A DNA stretch of 64,000 bases, taken from NCBI RefSeq assembly GCF_009914755.1, contig NC_060932.1; one strand, written 5' to 3'. Position 1 is the first letter of the stretch, and the number at the start of each line of letters is the position of its first letter. This stretch comes from the human T2T-CHM13v2.0 reference genome, Homo sapiens. The translations under genes were made by a program, and so were the position numbers. The notes below the pieces were generated by a model, which saw only the letters and a program-made list of their open reading frames with translations, made no database searches and was not told the origin of the DNA. Shown piece by piece: positions 1 to 20,671 of the stretch.

Positions 1-1286
1 TCCCTGGGTACAACATCCCTAGTCTCTCACCTCCTTCACCATCTTCTCACCCCCTCCCTTGTCTTCTCTAGTGTTTTTTGGAATTTTCCATCTCTGCCTG
101 AATTTAGAAAGGTGGTGGGTTGCAGACAGGTGGAGATGAGAACAGGACCATGAAACTCGGGTAATTTCCAGAGAAGCCTACATGGGATAGAGAACACCTG
201 TCTGCCTATTTTATAGTCCCTCTGAGCCTGGGTTCATGAGCCAGAGAACATTTGTTCAGGAGGTGCGAACCATCTTCATCTCTGTTTTTGCAGATGGTAT
301 CTAATTTGTGAGCCAAGCCTGAGTGTGCCGTTAGTAAAAGCATGGTGGGTTATTCTCAGCCCGGCTCCATCTGCTTTATAATTATTGTCACTTCTTCCAA
401 GATTCTGGCATTGAGTTGTCAGTCTTCGTTTGTAACTGGCTTTCCTTTGGCTTTGTGGACATCTCAGCAAGGGGTTTGGAAAGGTTGATTTGAGGCTGTT
501 AGCCAGGCACCATTTAGAACCAGAAGTCTCTTTGGCTTACTATGGAAATTCCCCAAATAGCTCTATCTGGGGATTGAGAAAGCCTAATGAGATAGAGGGG
601 CTGGCTGGCTGACAATAAGAGTCTGCCAAATTAGATGTGTTATTAGAAATAAAACAGATTCTGAGTAGCCAAAAAGGCACTGCACAAATAACACACTTTG
701 CTCACTACAGAAAAGGTAAGTTAGTTTAGCTTTCTTCCACAAGGGGAAATGCACCCCATAGGACACGTTAGACATCTCAGTAAGAGAGAGTGGGTGGGGG
801 CTTCTTGTAGATTTCAGTGCATTCTAGGTGATTCTAATGAGAGTTTAAGGCAGTGGGGGCCAGTTCTGGATTGGATTTTGTCTAGAAGTAAAAACAATTT
901 GGTGATGGGTCATCATAATATTTATCTGGAGGCAGGAGGATGAGAACAAGTTGGCATTGATAAGGAGCAGTAACACACATTTGCATGGTGCATTATGAAG
1001 CTATGGTTCAAGGCAAGAATAAATACTTTCTATGACGTTTTCAGCTCAAATAGCAATGAAGATTTTTACTTTAAGAAGCAAACAAGTAAACAAGCAGTAA
1101 CCAATGCGTAAGTTGGAAGAGGGGGCTGTTTAGTCATTTTGTGGTTGTAGAGTGGCCTTATGTCTGGCTTGTTTACTCATGATCCTGGAATGGCTTTTTC
1201 TGAGCTTTGCTTGTCTTCCGGGAGTATGTTTACATTCTGTTAGGACCATCACAGCCTGACTGCCAGCACCATTTTTCACTATCTCA
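1..1286 (-). mobile_element. Probable ancient ERV LTR (LTR78/MER110-like), truncated by the window start
   Basis: Right end ...CACCATTTTTCACTATCTCA reads TGAGATAGTGAAAAATGGTG on the minus strand (TG terminus); minus-strand TATA-like CTATAAAA near 208-216. Family and extent tentative. Confidence 0.35.
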
Positions 1287-1324
1287 CATATTATCTTTTT
1301 ATTCTATGCAACAAGTCTTTGATT

Positions 1325-1430
1325 GTAGGTAGTATTTTCATCATTGCATATTCCAGATGTGGAAATGAGTCAAAAGAGAGATTCAACAACCTATTCTCAT
1401 GTTGTTAACCACTGAAATACTAGAGCCTGG
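1325..1430 (-). mobile_element. MIR fragment
   Basis: Decayed reverse MIR core (CATATTCCAGATGTGGAAATGAG). Confidence 0.5.
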
Positions 1431-2269
1431 TGGGGAGAGCTTTTCTGTTGTTCTTCCAGGTATATCAGATGTCTAGGATTTTGGCCCAGTGCAGTTCGTG
1501 ATCAGTTCTAAACTGATCATGGGTTTACTATTTGAGTCATCATAGAATTGTCTGAACTGTTGAGTGCTAAAAACTTAGGGCAGAAAAGGAAGATGATATA
1601 TTAGGCTCCAGTGACTATTAATCATCATTATGCTGCCTGATGGCCTTGGATAAGCTACACCTTAGATTGAAACTGGAACTTAGAGAGTGTGCTCCAAGAG
1701 ATATAGTGACAGTTGCTAAGCAAAGGGGTTGTATTTTAATAATAAAAGTCCTTCTGCCTGAGAGCTTAGATAAGATGTTCTCCCCATTACATCATGTTCT
1801 GGGCTATAAGACAGATCATCTGGTGGTCTGAGACCACTGAATATAGACACAGGTAGGAAGCTGTAAGGAAGAAAGCTAAACTTGCTCCTTTGTGACTGAG
1901 GGCATTTATCTTGAGGTTGGAAACACATATGTGGGCAGTGTAACTCCATGCCTGATGTGGCTGCATATGTTTCTACTCTGCTTCTATTTCCAACTCCAAA
2001 ACTCATTCTGTTGAATTTTCAAGTAGCTGCTGGCTCATTTCTGTTATAAACTTGGCCATGCCTTTCCCAATGGAAAGGCAGATAACTACATCTTTGTTCT
2101 TTCACTGTCTTATTATAGATCCTGTATACATGTGAATTTGGGTAGGAGGAAAATATATTTGTTCAAATTTTGCAACTTGACTTTTTCTTCATGAAGACAA
2201 AGCAAAGCACTAGGACAGTTATTATGTAAATCAGAAAAAAATCAAAATACTTGTTTTTAAAAATGCATG

Positions 2270-2400
2270 TCAGTGTTCTGTATCTCAATTATGCTGGTGG
2301 TTCCATAACTATATGCATTTGTCAAAATTCATAGAACTATATGCTGAAATAGGTGAATTTTATGATAGGTAAATTAGACTTCAAAAAGCCTAGCTTTTGA
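2270..2400 (+). mobile_element. Old L1 (L1ME/MC-type) 3' end fragment
   Basis: GTTCTGTATCTC...TATGCATTTGTCAAAATTCATAGAACTATA...GTAAATTAGACTTCAA resembles the L1M 3' terminus. Confidence 0.65.
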
Positions 2401-2624
2401 AAGCTGCATGTTAGAGGGCAAATGGAGCATTCTTATGGCCAAGAGCCACTGGACATCTGATAGCCTTGCCCTTCATGTCATCTCACTCTTCTAGGCCTAG
2501 GCTGAGATGGGTGCCACGGAGCAGGAGTGCCTAGGGGGCTGGGTTCTTTTGGCAAGCCCAGGGTGGAGTTGCTGGTGATGCTGCACTCTACAAAAGAAGA
2601 TGCACTGTGGTTGGGCTTTCCTTA

Positions 2625-3022
<398 letters not shown>

Positions 3023-3289
3023 AAGAAGTAGAGCCTGGGTCAGTCATTCCAGCTGCAGGACACATGGAGGGGCAGGAGATGATGGTGCGGGGGTGATGAT
3101 GGAGGGGTGGGAGACAATGGTGGTGGCAGAAGAAGACAACTCAAGGCAGCCTAAAATACGCCGCTGCAAATATCCCCAACTAAACAAACCATTAAGCAAC
3201 AAGAGCATCACGACCTCCACTAGCTACCATTGTTCTGGAAATTCTGCTCATTGCAATGAGGAGACAAGTATGTAAGAGAAAAAACTCTT

Positions 3290-5205
<1,916 letters not shown>

Positions 5206-5210
5206 TCTTT

Positions 5211-8460
<3,250 letters not shown>

Positions 8461-8548
8461 CATAATATTCTTTGAAGTAAAAAAACAGCAAAGAATAAAG
8501 TACCATGTATATGTGTGCAAATTTTGTAACAAAACATAAATATATCCC

Positions 8549-9006
8549 TGTAAGTGACCATGAGCAAGACTTCTGTTGCCCAAAGCTGTTGCTGAGGACA
8601 AAGCTGAAGACAAAGGGATGCTATGTCTCCAGTATTCTAGAAAGATCCCCTACAAGTAGAGCCAGACCTTTCCATAGTACTTGCTACAAGCAGGCAGAAG
8701 CAGCCAATAGTCAATCCCACTGCCCCAAGACTATAAGCGGAAATGTCTTACAAGGGGAAAAGGATGTCATGTCCCCTAAGCCTTGAGTCTGGATCTATAC
8801 TGAGAGACAAGAAGGGTTCTCAATCAGATTTGAGAGTAACATTTTATCACACACACAACGTTGAAGAATCAGTTTTCACCAGAAAGTTATGGAATCTGTC
8901 TAAGATGGTATTAAGAGACAAGAAACAATGTTGACAGAACCCAGCTAAACTTACTGAACAGCTTTCTGTTTATCCTGCCATTGAGATGAGATGCCTTTCC
9001 TCTATA
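8549..9006. mobile_element. Candidate solo LTR inserted in an old L1 3' end
   Basis: About 460-bp block with a TG start interrupting otherwise contiguous L1 3'UTR; imperfect 4-bp flanks TCCC/TGCC. Family not recognised. Confidence 0.4.
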
Positions 9007-9415
9007 TGCCGGTTAATATATACAAATAGGAAAGATTGGAAGGATGAAAACTAAAACAACATTCATCTCTGAAAGTTCAATAACTGATGATTTGTATTTT
9101 CTTCTTCATGGCTCTCCAGAATTTCTCATTTTTCATTATTTAACATGTATTACTTGTACATTTTTAAAACATAGGTTTTAAGTGTCCACAAGAAGAGTGC
9201 TTGTTTGATTTGGAACTTGTCTCACTAATGGAAAGCCTCAATCCTCTGAGCCTAAATAGTGAAAAAAATGAAGGTCAAGGGGCTCATTTTAAAAACTTAT
9301 GAGCCAGTACTGATGAGTGCAGTACAATATTGCAGTCTTGCAGCATGGACAGATGCTTCTTCAATTCAGTGTCAATTAAACACTCTTCAAACAGGATATT
9401 CTAAACCATGCCCTT

Positions 9416-9732
9416 GGCCAGGCGCGGTGGCTCACATCTGTGATCCCAGGACTTTGGGAGGCCGAGGCGGGCAGATCACCTGAGGTCAGGAGTTTGAGAT
9501 AAGCCTGGCCAACATGGAGAAACCCCACCTCTACTAAAAATACAAAAATTAGCTAGGTGTGGTTGTGCATGTCTGTAATCTCAGCTACTCAGGAGGCTGA
9601 GGCAGGAGAATCGCTTGAATCCCAGAGGCAGAGAGGTTGCAGTGAGCCGAGATCGTGCCATTGCACCACAGCCTGGGAGACAGAGAAACACTCTGTCTCA
9701 AAAAAATTAATTAATTAATTAATTAATTAAAA
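9416..9732 (+). mobile_element. AluS with (TTAA)n tail
   Basis: Full-length Alu; TSD TAAACCATGCCCTT at 9402-9415 and 9733-9746. Confidence 0.96.
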
Positions 9733-10459
9733 TAAACCATGCCCTTGAAGTCCTTAGGGTGATATCTTATAGACACTACTGTGACTTTAAATTGAGAGAT
9801 CAAAATGTATTCTGTTACTATCATCACATTTGCCTATTTTTAGAAAAGTCCTTTATCAATTTATTCACACATACACCCTTCCCTCACCCAGTCTTCGAAT
9901 TCCATAGTCAAATACCTTAGTTTCTAACAAGGCTGGTTTCCCTTCCGTCCTCTGAGAGCATCACCCCTTTTCTGATGCTCACAAATGCTCGTCTTTCTGT
10001 CTGGAGTCGTAACACAGCCATTAAACATAAAACAAATTTCCCTGAGATTTAATTCCCTTGATGATCAAATTGACTAATGGCCACTTTGCCTAAAATTTTG
10101 GATTAAGCTTTGTCATTTTAAACCAAATATGAATATAAATATAAAAGCACTTCTGATTTTGTACTTCTAAAAATTGTTAGTAGCTTTTTGAAACATGGGA
10201 TCACTTATTGTTCTGGGTATCCCATTCCATGTCATTTAGTTTTAAGGATATTTTTTTTTTTTTTGGCTTGCCTAAATGTGCTTTCTGTCAAGCTTTAGGC
10301 TCCCGGAAGTATGTTCCTAACTAAAACGAAAAGTTTCACACAATACTTATCAAATTTTTTTTTTATTCCTCCTGTCTTATTCTTCAAGGTCTGTTTTTGT
10401 TTTCCACTGTGTGCACCTGTGCACCTCATGTGTTTATTAACCAAATTAGCACATACTCA

Positions 10460-10927
<468 letters not shown>

Positions 10928-12095
10928 TCATTACTAGGTGTATTATTTCCAAAAAAGTTCCTATGCCATTTTATATCCATTAAAACCTTTATAAATCTTC
11001 AAGATGTTCCTCCTTCCCTTAACTAACCCTGTTTTGGCACAAATTCTTACTTCTTTTGCTCTCCATTCACATCTAGATGTATTTCCTACAATAATTTCTA
11101 AAGTAAGTTTTTCCATCTTTTCTAGTTGTTTTGAGCATGTTTCCCTTATGTATTTCTCTAGGTCTTAAATTATTTGTGTGCTGTGACTTTTTCTTTGACT
11201 TGTATTTTCTACAGCACTGACTAGTGCTGCTTCAACAAGAAACTGGATAAATCTTGCTAAGTGCAAGTATTTTATAGAAAGACCCCAAGTTTATTTTCCT
11301 TTGAAATAAAAACTTGAGTGCTGCAGATGCATTTATATTTGTACTGGTATTTTTCAAAATGTAAAATGCTTCCTACATTAAGAAAATAAGACATATATTA
11401 CTCTTCTGCTATTTCAATTTTCTAGTGAAACACAAAATTCTCTCTGGAGCATTGGTGTTCCACGGTTGTTTTAAAAATTACAAATGGTGATGATTGTGGA
11501 AAGCTGGAAAGCTGTGCTAATGTATAAAAGTGCTGATTTATGTCACCAATGTGATGTTAGTCCTGCAACTGCAGAGTACCCTAACCTTGACAGATATGCA
11601 GGCCACAATTCAATGTCATTTAAATATAAGTGTTGTGGTCCTACAAGATAGGAAGAATCTGGAAACAGCTCAGAAAGAAGTAGCATATTGATTGGCTGAG
11701 TCTAATCTAAGTAGTGAAGTAACTGGGCTGGCTGTTCAGAGCTTGATCAGGTCCAATCTAGAGATAAAGGTTAATTAGGCAAGAGCTTATCTTGAACTCT
11801 GGAGACTTCAGTTGTAAAACCAATCCTATTTACAAAATAGGAACTTGGAAGCCCCAGATGCCCCACGGCAAATAAAAGGAGTTCAGATTAGACGCCTGGG
11901 TCACAGGGAAGGTGTTCTAAGGATTTATAACTTCATGTCTTATGAATAGATCAAAATCTCTGATTGCCGTGCAGCCTCAGCTGGCCAGAAGGCAATTCAA
12001 ATGTACCTGGGAGGATGGTCTCAAGTAGCTTTGTGTGGCAAAGTATGCCCTTAATGTACAAGTGTCCTTAATCCAGGAAGATTAAGAATCAACTA

Positions 12096-12975
<880 letters not shown>

Positions 12976-13621
12976 TTTAATAAATTAATTTAACAGAAAG
13001 GCAAAAGGGTTTTTTACTAAACCTATAAAGCAGCATTGGGATAATTAAGAGGAGAAAAGTATTCTCATAAATTTAACTTTTCAGGTTTACAAGTGGTATT
13101 TAAGTAAATGCCTGCCAACTTTCTTAGGCCCTAGGACACAAAGAAAATCACAATATTTGCACAGCATCCCTGACCCCAGCAAATCACCTTAGGTGTGTGG
13201 CTGTGGTTGCCCCCATCTCATCACCCGATTTCAGCTCTGGAACTAAGATGACTTTGTTCACTTTTCTGAAACTGAATCTGCCCTTCTGACGCCACAGGCT
13301 GGCTCCTCCTCCAGGGCTCCCTTCACGTTCATTTAAATCAAGATCGAGATGATTTCCCCTTATCCCAAATTATCCACTCTTCAACTGGAAAGCCGAAGGC
13401 AACTTCCCATGATGATCATAAGTCTCTAACCAATCCCAAGCCAAGTTTCCATGGGGCTCTCTAAATATAAAGACCCTGTGGTTCCTGGGGGACTGGGCTG
13501 CCCGAGACACACTGTGTGCAACACATTCCATGGCTGATTCCATCATCATGGGCTGAAATCCTATGTGGTTGGCCCATAGCAAAGAAGGGTAACAGAAGAA
13601 AAGAAGAGGGGAGATTTGACT

Positions 13622-13740
13622 ATGGTTATTCCCATTTTAGAGATGAGAAAACAGAAACTTAGAACTTGCCCAAGATTATATCCAGTAAGCGATGAAGGTG
13701 AAATTCAATCCCAAAGCTTATGCCTTTTATAAAATAGTAC
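13622..13740 (-). mobile_element. MIR fragment
   Basis: TTATTCCCATTTTAGAGATGAGAAAACAGA...ACTTGCCCAAG. Confidence 0.75.
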
Positions 13741-13841
13741 CTCCACGGGGTGCAAAGATGCTGATGAATGCACAGCTAAAAGTATAAATTGAAGCCCCAT
13801 GTGGAGGGCCTTGGCTGTCATGCTAAGGATGTGGAACTTAA

Positions 13842-14199
<358 letters not shown>

Positions 14200-14858
14200 A
14201 AAAGTTTTTAAGGAAAGTAATGACATATAACATGTGTTTTTAAGTATTCTTGGGTTGAAATAAAATAGTTTAAGTCTTTATTTGGAAGATCTTGTTTTAA
14301 TTTCTGTAACTCCTTAAAAAGAGAGGAGATGGAATCTATGTAGAAAGAGGAAGTGAAATTCCTGAGCAGGAAACACATTTCTCTTTAAAAACTCAAAGCA
14401 ACAAAACTTCAGCAACAAGAAGTGCAATTCTAGCATCTGGTCCCATCAAAAGTCAGATTTCTTGATTGGCTTGTTGAAGATCTCAAGCCTACACTTGTCA
14501 CATTGCTAGAAGTGCAGAGTCAGCTTTTGTATTCAGAATGCCCAAAGCGGCTTGCTGGGTCCCTTGTTGCTCAATTAATATCAGCCATATTGCGTTGAGA
14601 TATTGATAACTCCTCAGGGATCAAAGACTGGATTCAGTCTTGTCCATTGTGAGGCTTCTTTAGAGAAGGTTTTCTTCATAATCCTTAGTTAACTAGAACT
14701 TCGATTTGCCCATTCCCCAAGTGCATACACTAGTTAATTGAGGCTTTACTATAGGAATGGAGATAAAATTTCCCCAGGTTGCACAGTTGGCATTCTCAAG
14801 ATCACGTTGCTCTCATCTTTCAGCTTGATACTATCTAAATGTCAAGTAAACGTGTATA

Positions 14859-15681
<823 letters not shown>

Positions 15682-15699
15682 TGTATACAGATAAGCTTA

Positions 15700-15915
15700 A
15701 GAGTGTTAACAAGTACTAGTTCTGGCTTTGCCACATGCTAATGGTGTGGCCTTGGGCAAGTTACTGATCCTCTCTTAGCATTCATTTTTCTTCTGTAAAA
15801 TCATGAAACTAGTACTTACTGCTTAAGGTTTTACAAGATTAATAAACTTATGTGTGTAAACTTTTAACATAATGCCTGACAAACACCTGATGGATAAATA
15901 TTAATTTCTATCATT
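15700..15915 (+). mobile_element. MIR
   Basis: GTGTGGCCTTGGGCAAGTTACTGATCCTCTC...TCTGTAAAAT core. Confidence 0.8.
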
Positions 15916-17809
15916 AAGTATTAGTTTCTAGCATTATCAACTGTACACCTCCCCCAAAGTTTATAGTGGTTTTTATACTGTGCTTTAGCAATTCTTTCTA
16001 ATAAAAAGAAATGTGACAAGCATTTCCAGCAATAATGGACTCTTAAAGCTGTTGAAATTGCTCTGTGTGCTAAAAATAAAGCCTTTGGGATTCATTTTCT
16101 TTGAATACAAAATTAAACCGTACTACAGAGAAAATGCAGTGAACCTTATTGATTCTTTTTTTCAACAGAGTCAGATTTCAAAGTCAAAGGTCGAGGTGTT
16201 TAGGAAAATAGATCTGGTTGTCCCAACCAGAAAAATTGACTTTCCCAAGGACATTTTATAGTGGATGATTGGGTCATTTTCTCTGCTACTTCTCTTGCCT
16301 AAATGTTCTTTAAGCTTTCCTGCCTAATTCTACTTTGTTTCCAGGCCTGACTTAAATGTCTCTCTTCTGTAGCCTCAAAGTAGCACCACTGCTATCAACT
16401 GCACCCCTCCTAAAAATGGCTGGCCTTGGGCATCTATGTCAGAAGCTGAGCAGGGATTACCTTCAGGAGAAAATATTGTGATCTCCTGTCCTACACTGCC
16501 TTATTTACAGTAATGGCATGACTGTTGATTCCGTGCATCATGTTATCATGTGTCCATTTCACTGAACGCTTTTTAAGGACAAGGGAAACGACAACTAAGT
16601 TATCATGCTCCACAACTCCTGGCCCATAAAAAATCTTCAAAACATGTTAAATTAAACCAAATTCTAAATGAAGAACTATGTAGAAGGCCTCTTTCTTAGT
16701 GCCCTGAGGTGCTTCTCACACACATTAGGTCCATGATGAATATTTTCCAGTCATCAGGCAAATGTTACTTGTTCCCAGTGGGTCACTGAATAAACAGAAA
16801 TGGAAATTATCAGCTTTGGGTTGGAGGGTTGAGACGGCATGAGAAGGGAACAGTGAACTCTCAATTAAGTTGAATCTAAAGGTTCAAGCATGTTTTGAGA
16901 ACATCATTTTCCCTGGTCTTCTACTGTTAATATAATATATTGTTTTCAAATGCACGTTTTCCCATCTCAGCCCAGTGATTTAACTAGTGAGCTGATCTCT
17001 CAAACTATTTGGCCCGTAATCAAAAGAGGACATGGCTCATTGAGAAGATGTCAAGGGTATTTATTTCCTGGAAGGATAAATCATTTTCCATAAGCATTTA
17101 CACAGTAGATATGAGGTGATTTCTTGCTTTGCTGAGCATCTGCTAACAAATTCAGAACCAAAAACTCCATGCTCAGTGATATTATTTTGTTTATTTATCC
17201 TTTGAATTATCAGGCCATAGTGATTTAGAACAGAGAACATCCCACCCATCCTACCTTGAAGTTCCTGGATTCCTAAGCAACCGTCATAGGTAGTAATTAG
17301 CATCTCTGAACCATTTTCAGTATTTTAGAAAAACAATGGATAAGACCCATGAAAATGAGACTTCCTAGAAATATTAATCCCATTGATATGACAACTGAAA
17401 TTACCTATGTCTCCCCTTTATGCCAGAAATGGTTATTAGAGGCGTTCAGGAACCATGAATTAAGCATGAAAGAACAGATAGGATAATGCACCTATATGCA
17501 GATGACTCTTTTTAACAAAGTGATTAAAGTTAGAACTATTTCAAGTTTTTTTAAATCCCTAATGGAAGCAGCACATTTACTGGCAGTACAGCTCTAAAAG
17601 CTAACCCCAGGAGTGAGTCTTCTTTGTCGCCTGGCAACATTATCGCCAGCTAATCAGAAGCTGTGGTTGTCAATTCTAAATGTCTTCTATTTTTAAAGAT
17701 TAAAAATTATATTACTTAACACACGCAGTCCATTTGGTAGATCATATCTTTCAAAATAAAAGGACCAAAGGAGAAAATACTATAAGGGGGAACCTGTATG
17801 GTGAAGAAT

Positions 17810-17980
17810 TTGGAAAGCAATGTGCGTATACTATGCCTGGCATACAGTCAAGATTCAATTTATATCTGTTGAATGAGTGAATGAAGGGACTAACTTCGTC
17901 ATTACAAAGAATAGAAGAATGAGGTCTTAAAAGTTAATCCGCTCAGTCAGACAACAGGTAAGAGGCAGAGTGGGTCTCAA
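17810..17980. mobile_element. L2 3' end (+) followed by a short MIR fragment (-)
   Basis: ATGCCTGGCATACAG...CTGTTGAATGAGTGAATGAA L2 tail, then GAATGAGGTCTTAAAAGTTAA. Confidence 0.6.
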
Positions 17981-19944
17981 AACAAAACGCAGCAAATCAT
18001 TCTACAAGGGAGCTGCTCACTAGAATGGGGAAAAAACCCCAACTTCGATTTAATTTAGCTCAACCTCATATAGAAGCACAAGCCATTCTGCCTACTTCCT
18101 TCTTTCACAACAGAATAGCAAATGCAAACAGTCTTAAAAAAAAAAAAACTTTAGGGGAGATGTCTTTACCAAAGCCAAAGCCATTTGAGGGGTCATCCCA
18201 CTAGGTGGATCCTAAATAATCATAGTAAGTTAATGGCAGAAGTAGAAAGAGGACCCTTCCCACGACTGTCACTTGGACTTGGTACCCTGGAAATCGGCAC
18301 CAGGGTCCACTGCCCTGAAGACCTACGACCTGAAAAATGCCGTAAGAACATGACCTCTGTGAGATAAACATCATTTTACTGTAATTTCTGCATGTTTATA
18401 TATTTATATACTTTAATTAATTTATAGCAGAAGTTACACCAATGGCTATCCATTTAGATCAGCCATGAGAAAGACCGAGTGACTGATGCAGTGGAATCCT
18501 CTGCCACTAACATGAGACACTGGTGACTTCTTGCTCATCAGTTCCTTCCGTCATTCTCTAATTCCTAATTAATGTGAAACTGGTTGTGCTCCCTGCAGGG
18601 AACACAGAGGATGCTGATTTGCTGGAGGTTTTATTATACAATCCTAGTAAGTTTTTGCTCATAGGCAACAGGCATCTTAACAAATTATATTTTCCATAAA
18701 ATATGTGATATACTATAAAGTACCTTAGGTTTTCTAAATTCTTAATCTGCATCATTGTATTTTTGCCATCCTTTTCTCAAAAAGCAGCCAAACTTAAACG
18801 TTTATCGCATCAATTAGTAATCTTCTGGCAGATCCACTGAAAATGGTATTTTCAATAATGGTAGTTGCACCAGAACTCCTGAAAGCTCTCCTACAAGAAT
18901 ATCTCCTTTCCCATCCTTTATTTCCTTCTCCAGGAAAATGTATTTTTAACAGCTAATTAGTTTTCTTTTTTAACAGCTGAACACTTAATAATTGAGTTTC
19001 ATTATGAAACAATTCTTGCTGTTTGAAAGAAGAAAACCAAGGGAAAGAAATGGAAAGGAAAGAAACAAACATGAGCAGAGAAAAATAAGAGAACGAGAAG
19101 TCGGATGAAGATCTTTATGCTACAAAAGAGGCAATTGCAGTTGCAATGTGGACCGTGCAATTGCACATCTCAGATAGAACAGGCTGAGGAAATCCTAAAG
19201 TAGTGAGTTTCACCTTTTTTTCCTCTCAAAACATGTATTAGAAGCATTCTGTGGCAACTTAATAATTTGGGCTGAAATAAAGTAAATAGCGGTACACGCT
19301 TGATCTTTCATGAGCACAATGAAATCAGCCAAATTAAATAAATTGTTAAAATAGAAGTATTACTGCAAAGTCATTTGACCATCATTTTGAATTCCTATGT
19401 GATCATCCTGATTGTTGTATGCTCCTAATAAAGATTTTTTATTGCAGCCTTGTCCCATATACTTCATAAGCGCAGTACTTAAAACTTTGTAATTAATCTC
19501 TTGCTTTCTCTTTTACTAAAATTTACTCATGGTAATAAAAATCAATAAAACATTGCAATAATTATACAATCACAAATCACAGAGAATTTAATCACTTATA
19601 ACCATTTCAACCAGTGAGTAAGAGCTAAATGAGATGGAACACAAATAATGGGCTTACTAGGAATTTTTAACATAGTTCCACCTTCTTCCACTAAGAAGGT
19701 ATTCTGAAATCAAATGTGTACACGCAACATGACTATAGGGATTATTTTAGAGCCACTTTATGTATACATGTATATTTTTAAGTAAATTGATCAAATATAA
19801 ATATTTAAGTCAATAATCAATTACAAGCGTTCGTGCTTTGATTATAACTGGTAATAAATTATTTCTTATACATGACACTACTAAACTGAACATGCCAGCA
19901 TGCCACCCTTTGAAACCACTAAAATTGTTATTTTTAGGTTCAAA

Positions 19945-20135
19945 GGCTTATCTCAATATATGGCAGACATTGTAGTTAAGCATTTAGCATACATTGTCTG
20001 ATTTAATGCTGTGGGCATCTTCCATTTAAATGAGGAAAGGTGATATGAATTGCCCAAGGAAACCCAATTTGTAAGTAATGGAGGTAGGATTTGACCCTAG
20101 ATCTATCTGATTGCCAAGGTTTGAACCTCTGTGCT
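19945..20135 (-). mobile_element. MIR
   Basis: CCATTTAAATGAGGAA...TTGCCCAAGG...GGATTTGACCCTAG. Confidence 0.7.
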
Positions 20136-20227
20136 GCACTTGTACTGATACCAGTATTCCCAAAGAAGGGACAAGTTTCTTAAAGTGACGGGTCTCTAAG
20201 AGAATCTGATATGAAACATTTACCTAG

Positions 20228-20671
20228 TGATATGGTTAGGCTTTGTGTTCCCACCCAAATCTTATCTTGAATTGTAATCCCCAGGCGTTGAGGGAGAGAC
20301 CTGGTGGGACGTGACTGAATCATGGGGGCAGTCTCCCCCCTGCTGTTCTTGTGATAATGAGTAAATTCTCAGGATATCTGGTGGTTTTATAAGCTTCTGG
20401 CGTTTCCCCTGCTTGCACTTCTCTTTCCTGCCACCATGTGAAGAAGGTCTGCTTCCCCTTTGCCTTCTGCCATGATTGTAAGTTTCCTGAGGCTTCCCCA
20501 GCCATGTGGAACTGAGTCAATTAAACCTCTTTCCTTTCTAAATTACCCAGTCTTGGGTAGTATTGGTGCAAAAGTAACTGTGGTTTTTGCCAATCAAAGT
20601 AATGGCAAAAACTGTAATTACTGTTGCACCAACATAATATCTTTATAGCAGTGTGAAAATGAACTAATACA
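20228..20671 (+). mobile_element. THE1D-like MaLR solo LTR
   Basis: TGATATGGTT...CTAATACA termini; perfect 5-bp TSD CCTAG at 20223-20227 and 20672-20676. Confidence 0.93.
20560..20637. mobile_element. MADE1 (Hsmar1-derived MITE) inserted in the THE1 LTR
   Basis: Palindromic TTGGTGCAAAAGTAACTGTGGTTTTTGCCA ... TGGCAAAAACTGTAATTACTGTTGCACCAA with TA flanks. Confidence 0.93.

Noticed and set aside
16150-16200. Candidate micro-exon after TTCTTTTTTTCAACAG
   Set aside because: Good acceptor but weak donor and no recognisable peptide; such sites are common by chance.
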